From Brasilonema angustatum HA4187-MV1 (GTDB lineage Bacteria; Cyanobacteriota; Cyanobacteriia; Cyanobacteriales; Nostocaceae), in the NCBI GenBank assembly GCA_019359695.1, contig JAHHGV010000004.1, positions 98,031 through 162,030 of the forward strand: DNA of 64,000 nt, read 5' to 3'. The position numbers and the translations under genes were made by a program. Under the pieces are notes generated by a model that was given only the letters and a program-made list of their open reading frames with translations, searched no databases and was not told where the DNA came from. This document shows, one piece after another, positions 18,632 to 28,789 of this stretch; position 1 is the stretch's first letter; each line of letters opens with the position of its first letter.

Positions 18632-21600
18632 TTAACCTAAGAAACTTAGACCTTTTACAGCTATCACTCCAGCTATTGCTGAAGCTGCTAAGGAAAGAAA
18701 AGCAGTGTTAAATAACCACCAAGCAGCACCTGCAACAGCTTTTTTTGTTTCAACTGCTTGCTTTTGAGCTTGATCTTTAATAGCATTAAGGCGTTTTTGC
18801 GTTTCCTTCTGGATACGTTCGGCTTGATGCAAGACGTTATCTCGTGCTGCTTCAATTCGGTCGATAATTTGGTTTGCTTGCTCTTCGGAAATATCTTTGC
18901 GCGAACTCAAGACAGCAACTAGGGTATCACGATCAAATTGACCGAGGCGATCGCGCAAACTCTCAAATCCTGCTTGTGGATCGTCAAACAATTTAGCAAA
19001 ATCTTGCTGAATGCTTTCATAGTTGAGTTCGGGACGTTCGAGTGAGTTGAGATAGTCGCGAACTTTAAGCGTCGCGCCGTCAATCACCGATTGTACTTTT
19101 TGCTGAACTTGCTCATATTGTTCTACCACCGAGTTACGCACAGACTCGATTTGGTCTACAATTCGGTTGGCTTCCTCTTCTGAGATATCCTCGCGCCCAG
19201 ACAGCAAAGCGACAATTGTTGAACGGTCAAATTTGGCAAGGCGATCGCTTAAAGTTCCGACTCCAGCACGAGGAGAAGATAGCAGCAATTGCAAATCGCG
19301 CTTGATTCCTTCAGGGTTTAATTCGTCTTTGTTGGTGTTGCGCAGGTAGTTTTCCAGATTCGCTTCAAAGTCCTGAACCTTTTGAGTCGTACGGTTTGCC
19401 AAGCGTTGCGGCGCTTTGACAATCTTATCAATTCCTTGTTGGAAAGAGTCGATGGTGCGGTTTACTTGCTCTTCACTCAAGTCTCCTCGTTGCGTCAGGA
19501 GTTTGACTAAGGTTTCACGATCAACTTGGGAGAGGCGATCGCGCAATGCATTAGCACCATCTTTGGGATCGGCGAGTAATTTTTGCAAGTCTTGCTGAAT
19601 TCCTTCAGGATTTAGTTCTTCCAGATTCGTATTGCGGAGATACTCACCAATAGCGGTTGTAGTTTGCTCGTACTGCTCTTTGGCTTTACCCGCTACTTTT
19701 TGAGGTGCTTGCAAAACATTGTCCCGGACTGCAAGTAAAGAGTCAATATTTTGGTTTATCTGTTCTTCGCTCAAATCTTGCCGCTGACTTAATAATTTTA
19801 CTAAAGTATCGCGGTCAAATTGTGAGAACCTTCCCTTTAAAGCCTCAAATCCTGCTTGGCGATCTTCTAGCAAAGTTCTGAAATCACGCTTGATACCTTC
19901 TGGATTGAGTTCTTCTTTATTAGTATTGCGCAAATATTCTTCTACTTTTTGCCGCAATTCATCAGCTTTCGCTTTGGTTTGTTCTTGCAGTTCTTTTGCC
20001 CGATTTAAGACATTATCACGTGTACGTTCGAGTTGACCAACAATATTATTAGCTTCCTCTTCGTTTATATCTTCGCGTGCAGCCAGCAGCTTCACTAAGC
20101 TATCACGGTCAATATCTGAAAATCGTTGACTCAAATCTTCAACACCAGCTTCTGGATCTTCCAGCAGCTTTGTCAAGTCCTGCTCAATACCTTCTGGGTT
20201 AAGTTCTGCTTTACCAGTCGAACGCAGGTAGTCTTCTAAGCGAGTGCGGAGGTTTTGGGATTTTTCTGTCGCGTCCGCTTGGTTAACTGTTTCTAAAACT
20301 TCCGTGCGAATGCTTTCCATCTGTTCAGCAATTTCTTTGACTTTTGCTTCGCTGATGTCTTCTCGCTGCGATAGCAAGTTGGCAAAATACTCTAACTTAA
20401 GTTCCTCCAACTCCCGTTTTACAGTTCCTGGGTTAGCGTTCTCGTCATAGATGACTTGTTTGAATTCATCTTTGATTGTCAGGGAGTTAAAATCCCAAGG
20501 TAAAGAGTTTTGTATGTATTCTTCTACATCTGCCTTTATAGTGTTGGATTTAGAGGAAGGCGATTTACTAGCCACAGAACTACCCAACTGACCAGCTTGC
20601 TCTGTTGCTTGGTCTTTAAGCTTTTGCAGTTGCTCTGTAATTTTATCAACATCTATTTGCTTAACTTTTCCTCCTAGCTGTTGTAGCAGAGGTTTAATTT
20701 TCTCGATGTCTATCTGCGAGAAGTCTACCTTTTTCAACACAGCTGGTAAAGCAGCACCCAAACCAAGTTCAACACCTTGCTTCACTATCCCACCACTGGG
20801 ATTAATTTTGCTTCCAGCGGCTGAGGCTAATTGCTGTAGCTGTTGACCTAATTGCTCTGGCTTCAATTCTTCCGGAGTGGCAGAGTTAAGTAAATTAATA
20901 ACTTGTTCTGTGGGATTTTGCCCTTGAGCAGCTTGGTTCCAAGCACCTTGCAATTGATCTACAAGCCGATTGGTATCTTCTTTAGATAAGTCTGTGCGAC
21001 TACTAATTAAATCGACAAAAGTCTGGCGATCGATATTTTTTAGCAAGTCACTATCAGCAACTGATTCTAAATCTGCGTCTTTGAGCAGCTTGTCAAACTG
21101 AGAGCGAATTTCTTTGATATCTAACTGAGGTAATTGCACACCAGCTAAAGATTTTTGCACTGTGTTCTTGATACTATCAGCATCAAAACCTGATGTGAGT
21201 TCGCGGCGGACAGCTGCGGTAATTTCCTCAGCACTAGAAACCATTTGATTTTTAGCAACATTCGCGCCAACAGCTGTAGTTGCTGTACCCACGAGTCCTT
21301 GGAAGCCAGAAGTCGCAGTGCTGACAACAGAACCAATTAAGGAACCTACTGCTCTTGAACCAAACCAAGTGATTAAGGAGAAGTAGGTAGACCAGATGAC
21401 TACACCAATTATCCCTCCTATAAGCGCACTTTCAACCAAGCTTAGTTTGACTGCCAGAAAAGAAGCACCGAATAATGCAATGGTTGCGGTAACAACAGCC
21501 CAAAGACCTGCGGCTGTTTCAACTTTACGAATTGTTCCACCCAAGCCTTCTGAATCATCAGAACCATCACCTCTTCCTAAAGATGATATTCCCACAGCTA

Positions 21601-21823
21601 TGGAGAAGTTTGTTAATAATAATTGAAAGGCAAATGCCATCAATACACCAGTCACTAATGCGACTAAAAATTTCGGATTAGAAAAGACAAGCGTAGCCTG
21701 TTCTGGATTTACAAGTTCCGGATTTGCTGGGATTGGTACTGCTCCAAGTTGGTTCCACAGCAAACCCAACGTCATTTCCACACTTTTAAACATGTTATCT
21801 CCTTGATTACAACTTAAGTACAC
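18632..21823 (-). CDS. Large membrane-anchored hypothetical protein (1063 aa) with about 6 tandem ~95-aa coiled-coil repeats
   Basis: N-terminal multi-TM region and C-terminal TM. Repeats of the form EYLRNTNKEELNPEGIKRDFRTLLEDRQAGFEALKGRFSQFDRDTLVKLLSQRQDLSEEQ... The true start may be the internal MFKSVEM. Confidence 0.6.
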   Translation of the reverse strand: MYLSCNQGDNMFKSVEMTLGLLWNQLGAVPIPANPELVNPEQATLVFSNPKFLVALVTGVLMAFAFQLLLTNFSIAVGISSLGRGDGSDDSEGLGGTIRKVETAAGLWAVVTATIALFGASFLAVKLSLVESALIGGIIGVVIWSTYFSLITWFGSRAVGSLIGSVVSTATSGFQGLVGTATTAVGANVAKNQMVSSAEEITAAVRRELTSGFDADSIKNTVQKSLAGVQLPQLDIKEIRSQFDKLLKDADLESVADSDLLKNIDRQTFVDLISSRTDLSKEDTNRLVDQLQGAWNQAAQGQNPTEQVINLLNSATPEELKPEQLGQQLQQLASAAGSKINPSGGIVKQGVELGLGAALPAVLKKVDFSQIDIEKIKPLLQQLGGKVKQIDVDKITEQLQKLKDQATEQAGQLGSSVASKSPSSKSNTIKADVEEYIQNSLPWDFNSLTIKDEFKQVIYDENANPGTVKRELEELKLEYFANLLSQREDISEAKVKEIAEQMESIRTEVLETVNQADATEKSQNLRTRLEDYLRSTGKAELNPEGIEQDLTKLLEDPEAGVEDLSQRFSDIDRDSLVKLLAAREDINEEEANNIVGQLERTRDNVLNRAKELQEQTKAKADELRQKVEEYLRNTNKEELNPEGIKRDFRTLLEDRQAGFEALKGRFSQFDRDTLVKLLSQRQDLSEEQINQNIDSLLAVRDNVLQAPQKVAGKAKEQYEQTTTAIGEYLRNTNLEELNPEGIQQDLQKLLADPKDGANALRDRLSQVDRETLVKLLTQRGDLSEEQVNRTIDSFQQGIDKIVKAPQRLANRTTQKVQDFEANLENYLRNTNKDELNPEGIKRDLQLLLSSPRAGVGTLSDRLAKFDRSTIVALLSGREDISEEEANRIVDQIESVRNSVVEQYEQVQQKVQSVIDGATLKVRDYLNSLERPELNYESIQQDFAKLFDDPQAGFESLRDRLGQFDRDTLVAVLSSRKDISEEQANQIIDRIEAARDNVLHQAERIQKETQKRLNAIKDQAQKQAVETKKAVAGAAWWLFNTAFLSLAASAIAGVIAVKGLSFLG

Positions 21824-23150
21824 ATGTCAATCTAGAAATCTCTATTAATCTTTAGGCGTTTCTGCAAGAAGAGCTTAAAGAATATTGACAACACGACGCC
21901 TAATGTTACTGTCCAAGTTACTTAGCTTGATAGCAACTGCAACTGCAACTACTGGCTTTGGGATAGCTCTACTTATTAACAAACCTATGATAAACGCAGC
22001 ACCAATACAACAGCAAGCATTAACATACACATACAGAAAAACTATCCTTATTCTTGCTCTTGTCTAAGTTTAAGTACCTAATTGGAGCAAGTGATATTGT
22101 TCACTTTTTCCTTCACATTTTCTCCTATTTCTTAAATTATAAATTTCATGATTTGGAATCCTCTTCCTAGAGAATGACTTGATTTTACCGAGAGAATGAT
22201 TTAAAAGTTTTTAACATTTTTCGTGACTCACAATTAGAAAAATGCCGGAAATTATAGATTACAAAACTATATGCATATATAGTCTTGTAATCTACAGGAA
22301 TATTCCTCTGACGATGCATTTTTATGCGAGCCCTAGATATTGACTTTTGAACTAGTTTCTCGGAACCCTGATTACCTGTGAAAATTTGTGTTGTGAGCTA
22401 GTAGTATTGTTCTGACTACTTTCTGGCAAAGATTGTAAAGCCTTATATTCACAAAAATAAAGAAATGATAAGTATTTTAAGGAAATCAGCTAGACCATTA
22501 ATTGAACAAGAAACAACAGAGCCGTCAGTCGCGCTTGAGTCAGTAATGTTGGACAGTGCGACGTAAAGATGAGTAATGGGTTGCTCTCCCCCACCAAAAT
22601 CTTTGATGCATGTGGTCTATAATTAGATAGCGCTCACCAATCCCTAGCATAAAAATTGCTAAATCAGCAATTCCAGTATAGTTGACTTCTTGTAGAAAAA
22701 CATTTTATTGGACTTTATCTAAAAACGAATAATTTTTCAATTTGATAAAGATAAAACTTATCCCAAAAGATGGGTGAACATTTCGTTCAAAAATAGTATT
22801 AATATGATTAACTGCATTTAGAAGATTCTTGTACAAATAATTTTAGCGCTTAGGAGGAAGTAAGGATGGTCTTCGGTTTGAATCGGTGTACTATAAGCGT
22901 ATTTACTCATTACTGTGTGCAAAATGTGAGCTGTATAAATTGAGAGATTCTGGTTTGCCAATCAACAGGGTGTTTGTGGTTATTCAGGATACAGATTGCA
23001 ATCATCAGATTAAGTGGTGCTGAAATTACAGAGCGTGTTGGCGATAAAGCTGACGAGTATCCTGATAGTTGCGGCACTTTCTGAAATGGTAGGCTAGTAC
23101 CATAAATTTAAGTAGAAAAAATTGTTGTTATTTGAGAGGGAACAAGTATT

Positions 23151-23582
23151 ATGGACAGCGAATTACAACAAGCTGAATACACTGATGCCAAGATAAAAGA
23201 AGGCATCAAAGCACTTGAAGCTTCAGAACCAGGAACTTTGGCAATGCTACCACCTGCGACTGAAACTGAAGAGGAATTGCAGCAGTTTGGTGGACAAATT
23301 TCTACCTTTTTGGCAGAACTTCCTGAATACTTAGGTAGGTTTGTCAACGAATACAAGCTGCCAGTTATTAGCTTTGCTTTACTTGTAGTCACAGTAACTC
23401 TACTCAGGCTAATATTGGCGGTGCTAGATGCAGTCAATGATATTCCACTCTTAAGCCCACTGCTGGAGTTAACAGGGATTGGTTACACAATTTGGTTTAC
23501 TTTCCGCTATTTACTCAAAGGTCCTACTCGGCAAGAATTAGCTGCACAACTGGACTCAATCAAAAAAGAAATTATCGGCTAA
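23151..23582 (+). CDS. CAAD/CURT1-domain membrane protein (thylakoid curvature-type)
   Basis: Acidic N-terminal half then two TM helices (LPVISFALLVVTVTLLRLILAVL ... TGIGYTIWFTFRYLLKG). Matches CURT1/CAAD architecture from memory. Confidence 0.5.
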   Translation: MDSELQQAEYTDAKIKEGIKALEASEPGTLAMLPPATETEEELQQFGGQISTFLAELPEYLGRFVNEYKLPVISFALLVVTVTLLRLILAVLDAVNDIPLLSPLLELTGIGYTIWFTFRYLLKGPTRQELAAQLDSIKKEIIG

Positions 23583-23715
23583 AAGATCTCAAAACCTTTG
23601 AGCTAAGTGCAGCATAGTTTCAACAAAATTTTTTAATACCATTTACACACCTTGTGGTCAAGTAGAAATTGCTTTTTCTGCTTGACCACTTTTTGAATCA
23701 ATATTTAATATGGAG

Positions 23716-24219
23716 CTAATATGGAGCGTTTGCAGGGGCTACGTCCTTGAGAGTACGACCTGTACTACGCCCGTTATAGCCTTGGAAATCCTGGTACTGT
23801 TGCGCTTCGGACTCTGGAACTTCAGCTTTAATTCCTCCAGCAGGTGGGGTTACCCACTGAGGACGGCCTTGCGCATCCCGGTAGTAAACACGTCCATTCT
23901 TTGAGAGGTAGTACTTACCTTGCGCCCCCTCTTTTTCCGCATTCTTATGCCTGTTGTAGAGGTAGTATAAAGCAGCTGCACCAGCTAATGTAATTGCTAC
24001 TTTCTGCCCTGTACCCAATCCCTTTTTAGGTTTGGTTTGCTTTGCTGTCTCTGGATTATTCACTGTTCTAGCAACAGTATTGTCAGCAGGTGGCGGCGGT
24101 GCTGCAGTTTTTGAACCTCCTCCACAGCTAGTAAGCAGTGGGAGTGTTAGCAAAGCTGAAAGAAATATTGCAGCCGGAAAGGAAGCTGTTTTGCGTTTCG
24201 AGTGTACTATGTTAGTCAT
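23716..24219 (-). CDS. Predicted lipoprotein, Pro/Ala/Gly-rich
   Basis: Signal peptide ending in the LTSC lipobox. No catalytic motif. Confidence 0.55.
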   Translation of the reverse strand: MTNIVHSKRKTASFPAAIFLSALLTLPLLTSCGGGSKTAAPPPPADNTVARTVNNPETAKQTKPKKGLGTGQKVAITLAGAAALYYLYNRHKNAEKEGAQGKYYLSKNGRVYYRDAQGRPQWVTPPAGGIKAEVPESEAQQYQDFQGYNGRSTGRTLKDVAPANAPY

Positions 24220-24608
24220 ATTTGTTCTCCACCCTAATTTTAGTAAATGCTGTTTATTAGCGTCTCTAACAGGATTTTATATTAGCAAACATCACAATTA
24301 TTTTAATTTTTATTTACGCCAACAGAGTAGGTTTTGCAAACGTTCTACCAGAAGACTGAGTTGATCATATGCGTACAAGACGTACCCCCTCTTGATATAC
24401 CTCTGGCGTCGCATAACAATATTGTTAATTTTTCGACTGACAGTGATTCACGAAGAATACCATATTTCCATATTTTTAAACAATCTTTTTAGAGGCGATC
24501 GCACATAGCGTGTTCATTTCTATCTTAGGGTGAGTGAAACACGTAAAACAATAGGCTATTGTTAGAAGCTGTCTAGCTAACTAATTTGTCATTAAAACAA
24601 TTTTCGCC

Positions 24609-24818
24609 ATGCTTCTTCAAGACAAGCAGACTGGTCACTTAGTAGAAATACAGGACTTCGAAGCGCTGATTAGCCCATTGAAACCTACTATCGTTGCGCG
24701 ACTTCAGGCGGGAGAAGAAGAACAAGATCCAGAAGAGTATGAGAAACAGCAATTAGTTTTTCCTTCTGGTGAGAGCTTGCCACGCTGCTGGATAGATGAA
24801 AATTATAAAAACCCTTAA
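24609..24818 (+). CDS. Small acidic hypothetical protein (69 aa)
   Basis: ORF only. It resembles small conserved cyanobacterial proteins, but I cannot name a family. Confidence 0.35.
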   Translation: MLLQDKQTGHLVEIQDFEALISPLKPTIVARLQAGEEEQDPEEYEKQQLVFPSGESLPRCWIDENYKNP

Positions 24819-25323
24819 TTTTCCATCATAGCAGTCATTATGAGCAAGGTTATTCATTAACGGTACTTGACAAATCTTGCTCATGATTATCTTGTAAATT
24901 GAACTGCCATCTATTAAGTAGATATTTTAAGATATATAACGATAACTGTGTCTTGAATACAGCAACTTCTTGTTTACTATTGTGACTTTTATATATTTGA
25001 TATTTTCAAGAATTTAGACTATCCAGAATAGCTTAGTAAAAATGAAAAATTTGATTTATATAAAAATTTAAGACGATTGATGTAAACTTATTTACATCAA
25101 TCAAAATATAAAATGAAATAAAAAGCACAAAAAAAATCTATATCGGAAGATTTTATTGTGACTTTTAAAGTCCCTCTATTGAAAGAGGAGATAATCTTTT
25201 TGTTTTTTTAGGCTGGTTAAGAATAATCAAAACGTTATCAACTTGCATTAAGCGATAAAGACTTAACAAAAATTAGAAATAAAGCAGTGAGTAAGTATAG
25301 ATAGCTCTAATTTGGTGATAAAA

Positions 25324-26472
25324 ATGGCAAGTAACCCACTCTTAACAATAAAAGATTACGGTCAAAGTATCTGGATGGATAATTTGACTCGGGACTTAAT
25401 TCAGTCTGGTGAACTTCAACGCATGATTTCGAGTCGGGGTATCCGTGGGATTACTTCTAACCCTGCAATTTTTGAAAAAGCGATCGCCGGAAATGCGCTC
25501 TATGATGCTGATATCGAAGCAGGAATTCGAGCAGGTTTACCTGTTTCCAAAATTTACGAATCCCTAATCTTTGAAGATATCCGCAACGCTTGTGATATTT
25601 TCCGCCCTATCTACGAAGAGTCTGGAGGCTTGGATGGCTACGTCAGCATCGAAGTTCCTCCAACTATCGCCCACGATACAAAAGCTACGATTGGTGAAGC
25701 GCAGCGATATTATCGTGAAATTGGGCGGGAAAATGTCATGATAAAAATTCCCGGAACTCTCAGCGGCGCACCAGCAGTAGAGCAGGTGATTAGCGACGGA
25801 ATTAATGTCAACGTTACCTTACTGTTCTCGATTAAAAGCTATGAAGAGGCGGCTTGGGCATACATTCGAGGTTTGGAAGCAAGAGTAAATAAGGGTCAAG
25901 ATGTTAGCAAAATAGCCTCTGTTGCTAGTTTCTTCCTCAGCCGAATTGACATTAAAATTGACCAAGTCGTTGAGGAAAGAATCAAGACAATTGGCACTGA
26001 GGATTTGGCAATAGAAGCAGGCTTAGTTGCAATTAAAGGCAAAGTTGCAATTGCTAACGCTAAAATTGCTTACCAAAAATACAAAGAAATTATCCAGAGT
26101 GAGCGTTGGAAAGCTTTAGCAGACAAAGGAGCCAACGTGCAGCGACTACTGTGGGCTTCTACCAGTACCAAAGATCCCACCTACAGCGATGTGATGTACG
26201 TTAACGAGTTAATAGGTTCAGATACCGTTAATACTCTACCCCCAGCAACAATAGAAGCCTGCGCAGATCACTGCGATGTTGCTAATCGGCTTGAGACTGG
26301 GGTAAAAGAAGCATATCAGTTGATTGACAGTCTTAAAGATCCAGATATCAAGATTAATCTGGATCAAGTGATGGATCTTGTCTTAGATGAAGGGATTGAC
26401 AAATTTATTCAGCCCTATCAATCACTGATGGAATCAATGGAAGAAAAAGTCAAACAATTGTCTCCCGCTTAG
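25324..26472 (+). CDS. tal: Transaldolase
   Basis: MASNPLLTIKDYGQSIWMDNLTR...GITSNPAIFEKAI transaldolase N-terminal signature. Start moved to ATG 25324. Confidence 0.9.
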   Translation: MASNPLLTIKDYGQSIWMDNLTRDLIQSGELQRMISSRGIRGITSNPAIFEKAIAGNALYDADIEAGIRAGLPVSKIYESLIFEDIRNACDIFRPIYEESGGLDGYVSIEVPPTIAHDTKATIGEAQRYYREIGRENVMIKIPGTLSGAPAVEQVISDGINVNVTLLFSIKSYEEAAWAYIRGLEARVNKGQDVSKIASVASFFLSRIDIKIDQVVEERIKTIGTEDLAIEAGLVAIKGKVAIANAKIAYQKYKEIIQSERWKALADKGANVQRLLWASTSTKDPTYSDVMYVNELIGSDTVNTLPPATIEACADHCDVANRLETGVKEAYQLIDSLKDPDIKINLDQVMDLVLDEGIDKFIQPYQSLMESMEEKVKQLSPA

Positions 26473-26541
26473 TGACACCACACCATAAATAAGGGTTGAA
26501 AATTTTATGTAGGTTGGACTTACCGTGGGGAAATCCAACAT

Positions 26542-26587
26542 AAGAATAATGTAGAGACGTCACATGCTACGTCTCTACATTATTCTT
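26542..26587. terminator. 19-bp perfect stem-loop (aagaataatgtagagacgt / acgtctctacattattctt) between convergent tal and the 26598-27536 gene. Bidirectional terminator candidate
   Basis: Seen directly. Flanking T-rich sequence on both sides. Confidence 0.5.
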
Positions 26588-26597
26588 ATTTAGAAAA

Positions 26598-27536
26598 CTA
26601 ACTCATATTCAATCGCGTCATTTCAAACAACTGCTGGGCATTCTTTCCTAGAAAACCATCAAACAACACCCGCTGATCTGCTTCCACTTCTACCATATAG
26701 CGTTGGGCAATTTCATAGTAGGCATAAGTCCAAGGGAGTTGAATTTTGACATCTACAGTATCTTCTAAGACTGTGACAACTTCAGTAACTGCTTGAGTTG
26801 CCGTTTGCCGCAAACCACTGGCAATATCCCCCTCAATCTCAGCTTTCATTGGCACACCCAAGTTAGCTAAACTACGGGCAGTAGTCTCAATATCTGGGTA
26901 TTTTGAGGTATTCTGACGATTAACGTAGCCTGTAAAGTGATTGACAGCATAACCGTGCAGCAGCACCCAAGCACCATATTGAGTTACCTTGTTCACTTCT
27001 TCCACTACAGAACGCCGGGGAGGTTGCCAAGGGCACGTAAAGATTCTATGGAGTTCTTTGGCAACGCGTTTAGTCTCAGTAGCGAACGCCTGGAGAATTG
27101 CTGAATAATGAAATAAATTCACGTTGGAAACAGTTTGTCGGATAAGGTGGACAGTTTCTTCTGGCAATTCATCAACAATCAACTCGCTGATAAACAACTT
27201 GGGCAAATCAAATTCCTCTTGCTGAGGATGGCGATAGTGACGGGCGTAAAGATGGCTTTCAGGAAAAGAGTATTCCCCAGCCGCCTCGTAGCCCAAAGCC
27301 TCGGCAAGTTGTCCTAAATAGTCAATACCCAAATTAACCTTACCCTGTGGACTGTCTACCTCCATGCGTAAAGATCGAAAAGCAATGTGATCATTAGCAA
27401 CAGTCCCACCCGCATCAGTGATCATTTGTGCGTAGGTGCGGGCATAACTTACCCGGATGCTGTAATCTTGCCAAAGTAATTTCCAAAGATGACGAGCAAT
27501 TTCGGGGTTCATGGTGTTTGTGGCGATGCATATCAA
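26598..27536 (-). CDS. Conserved hypothetical protein, possibly VOC-fold/DUF1338-like
   Basis: 312 aa. HIAFRS-type motif. Weak family recollection only. Start may be the internal MNPEIARHLW. Confidence 0.3.
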   Translation of the reverse strand: MICIATNTMNPEIARHLWKLLWQDYSIRVSYARTYAQMITDAGGTVANDHIAFRSLRMEVDSPQGKVNLGIDYLGQLAEALGYEAAGEYSFPESHLYARHYRHPQQEEFDLPKLFISELIVDELPEETVHLIRQTVSNVNLFHYSAILQAFATETKRVAKELHRIFTCPWQPPRRSVVEEVNKVTQYGAWVLLHGYAVNHFTGYVNRQNTSKYPDIETTARSLANLGVPMKAEIEGDIASGLRQTATQAVTEVVTVLEDTVDVKIQLPWTYAYYEIAQRYMVEVEADQRVLFDGFLGKNAQQLFEMTRLNMS

Positions 27537-27600
27537 ACTTTATGATAACCTCTGGCAAGGATGCGAAACGGCATACTTGCTTTTGTTAGTGAGGTTTCGC

Positions 27601-27663
27601 TCAATCGTAAAGTTTTGTAACAAAAGAGAAAACTTTCTTCCACTCCAACTGAAGAACATATAG
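27601..27663 (+). repeat. Copy 1 of a duplicated 63-nt element (hairpin AAAGTTTT...AAAACTTT then TTCCACTCCAACTGAAGAACATATAG)
   Basis: About 87% identical to 28698-28760 in the same orientation. Confidence 0.55.
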
Positions 27664-27767
27664 AGCCAACACTAATCCAAATATCACTTAGCGTGATATT
27701 CATTTTGTTGAGCTGCGTTCCGTGACGGCAGAGATATAGCATTTGTGCTATATCCTCTGTCTTACTT

Positions 27768-27896
27768 ATCAGTTATCAGTTACCAGTTATCAGTTATCAG
27801 TTATCAGTTATCAGGTAGGAAACGGACTCGTTCACCCCTTGTTCACTGTTCACTGTTTACTGTTCACTGTTCACTGTTCACTGTTTGAACAGTCTT
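27768..27896. repeat. STRR-type heptamer tandem arrays: (CAGTTAT)x~7 then (TTCACTG/TTTACTG)x~7
   Basis: Read directly. The heptamer arrays are textbook heterocystous-cyanobacterial STRRs. A shorter related block lies at 42690-42740. Confidence 0.8.
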
Positions 27897-27958
27897 ACTG
27901 TTTCTGGGGTATTGATGATAGGAATATTTTTTAACACTCCCATGCCACGCATGCGATA

Positions 27959-28666
27959 TTGCTAAAACAGAAAAGTATGAATAAACGCCTGATTAAACGC
28001 CTGATTAAACGAATTATTTTTCCATCAATCGCTTTTTTTGTTGGATTTTTTATCACGCTTACTCATGTTGCTGCACAAGAAGTGCCATCTAAGTTGCAAC
28101 AAGACAACAACCTGTCTCAACCTAATGGGCAACCAGACAACTTCTTTAACTTCCATTTTTGGATCTTTGTTGTATTTTTTTTGATCGCTATTTTTTGCCT
28201 AGCTAATTTCATCAAAAATCGACACTGTCCTCAATGCAAAACGTTCAACCTTAAACGGACTCAACAAGTTTTAGTTCCAGCAACCACTAGTTATTCAGGA
28301 AGGCGCAGGGTAATCTGCCACTGTCAAAACTGTTCTTACCATCACGAGTATGAACAAAACATTCCAGTAATTAGCAATGATTACAGTGGCGGTGGCGGCA
28401 ATGATTACGGTGGTACTAGTAGCAATAATGATACTAATGTTACTACCAATGATTACGGTAGCTGTGGCGGCAATGATTACGGTGGCGGTGGCGGCAATGA
28501 TTACGGTGGTACTAGTAGCAATAATAATACTAATGTTACTACCAATGATTACGGTAGCTGTGGCGGCAATGATTACGGTGGCGGTGGCGGCAATGATTAC
28601 GGTAGCTGTGGCGGCAATGATTACAGTGGCGGTGGCGGTGATGGCGGTAGTTGTGGCGGTGGCTGA
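27959..28666 (+). CDS. Membrane protein with a C4 zinc-ribbon (CPQC...CHCQNC) and a C-terminal Gly-rich NDYGG(G) tandem-repeat tail
   Basis: One TM helix. ~120-bp DNA tandem duplication at 28370-28660 encodes the NDYGG repeats. Confidence 0.5.
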   Translation: MLKQKSMNKRLIKRLIKRIIFPSIAFFVGFFITLTHVAAQEVPSKLQQDNNLSQPNGQPDNFFNFHFWIFVVFFLIAIFCLANFIKNRHCPQCKTFNLKRTQQVLVPATTSYSGRRRVICHCQNCSYHHEYEQNIPVISNDYSGGGGNDYGGTSSNNDTNVTTNDYGSCGGNDYGGGGGNDYGGTSSNNNTNVTTNDYGSCGGNDYGGGGGNDYGSCGGNDYSGGGGDGGSCGGG

Positions 28667-28697
28667 AATAGTCTCCTACTTTTTATCGGAAGAAAAG

Positions 28698-28760
28698 TCA
28701 ATTGTAAAGTTCTGTAACAAGATAGATAATTTTGTTCCACTCCAACTGAAAAACATATAG
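28698..28760 (+). repeat. Copy 2 of the duplicated 63-nt element, directly upstream of the nfeD-like gene
   Basis: See 27601-27663. The hairpin is retained with one G-C to G-U change and one mismatch. Confidence 0.55.
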
Positions 28761-28789
28761 GGATTTATTCATTAATTGGACAGGAGGAA

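Noticed and set aside
19167-21626. Several 60-76-aa plus-strand ORFs inside the large repeat-protein gene
   Set aside because: Antisense frames of a long, clearly coding minus-strand gene. They show no independent signals.
21885-22067. 60-aa ORF MTTRRLMLLSKLL... with a hydrophobic stretch
   Set aside because: No RBS. It sits in an AT-rich intergenic block and has low-complexity TAT/ATA-encoded residues. It could be a tiny membrane peptide, but there is no support.
28377-28760. 127-aa ORF MITVAVAAMITVV... overlapping the NDYGG repeat gene in another frame
   Set aside because: The low-complexity peptide arises from the tandem DNA repeat. The 27959-28666 frame has the TM helix, Zn-ribbon and sensible composition.
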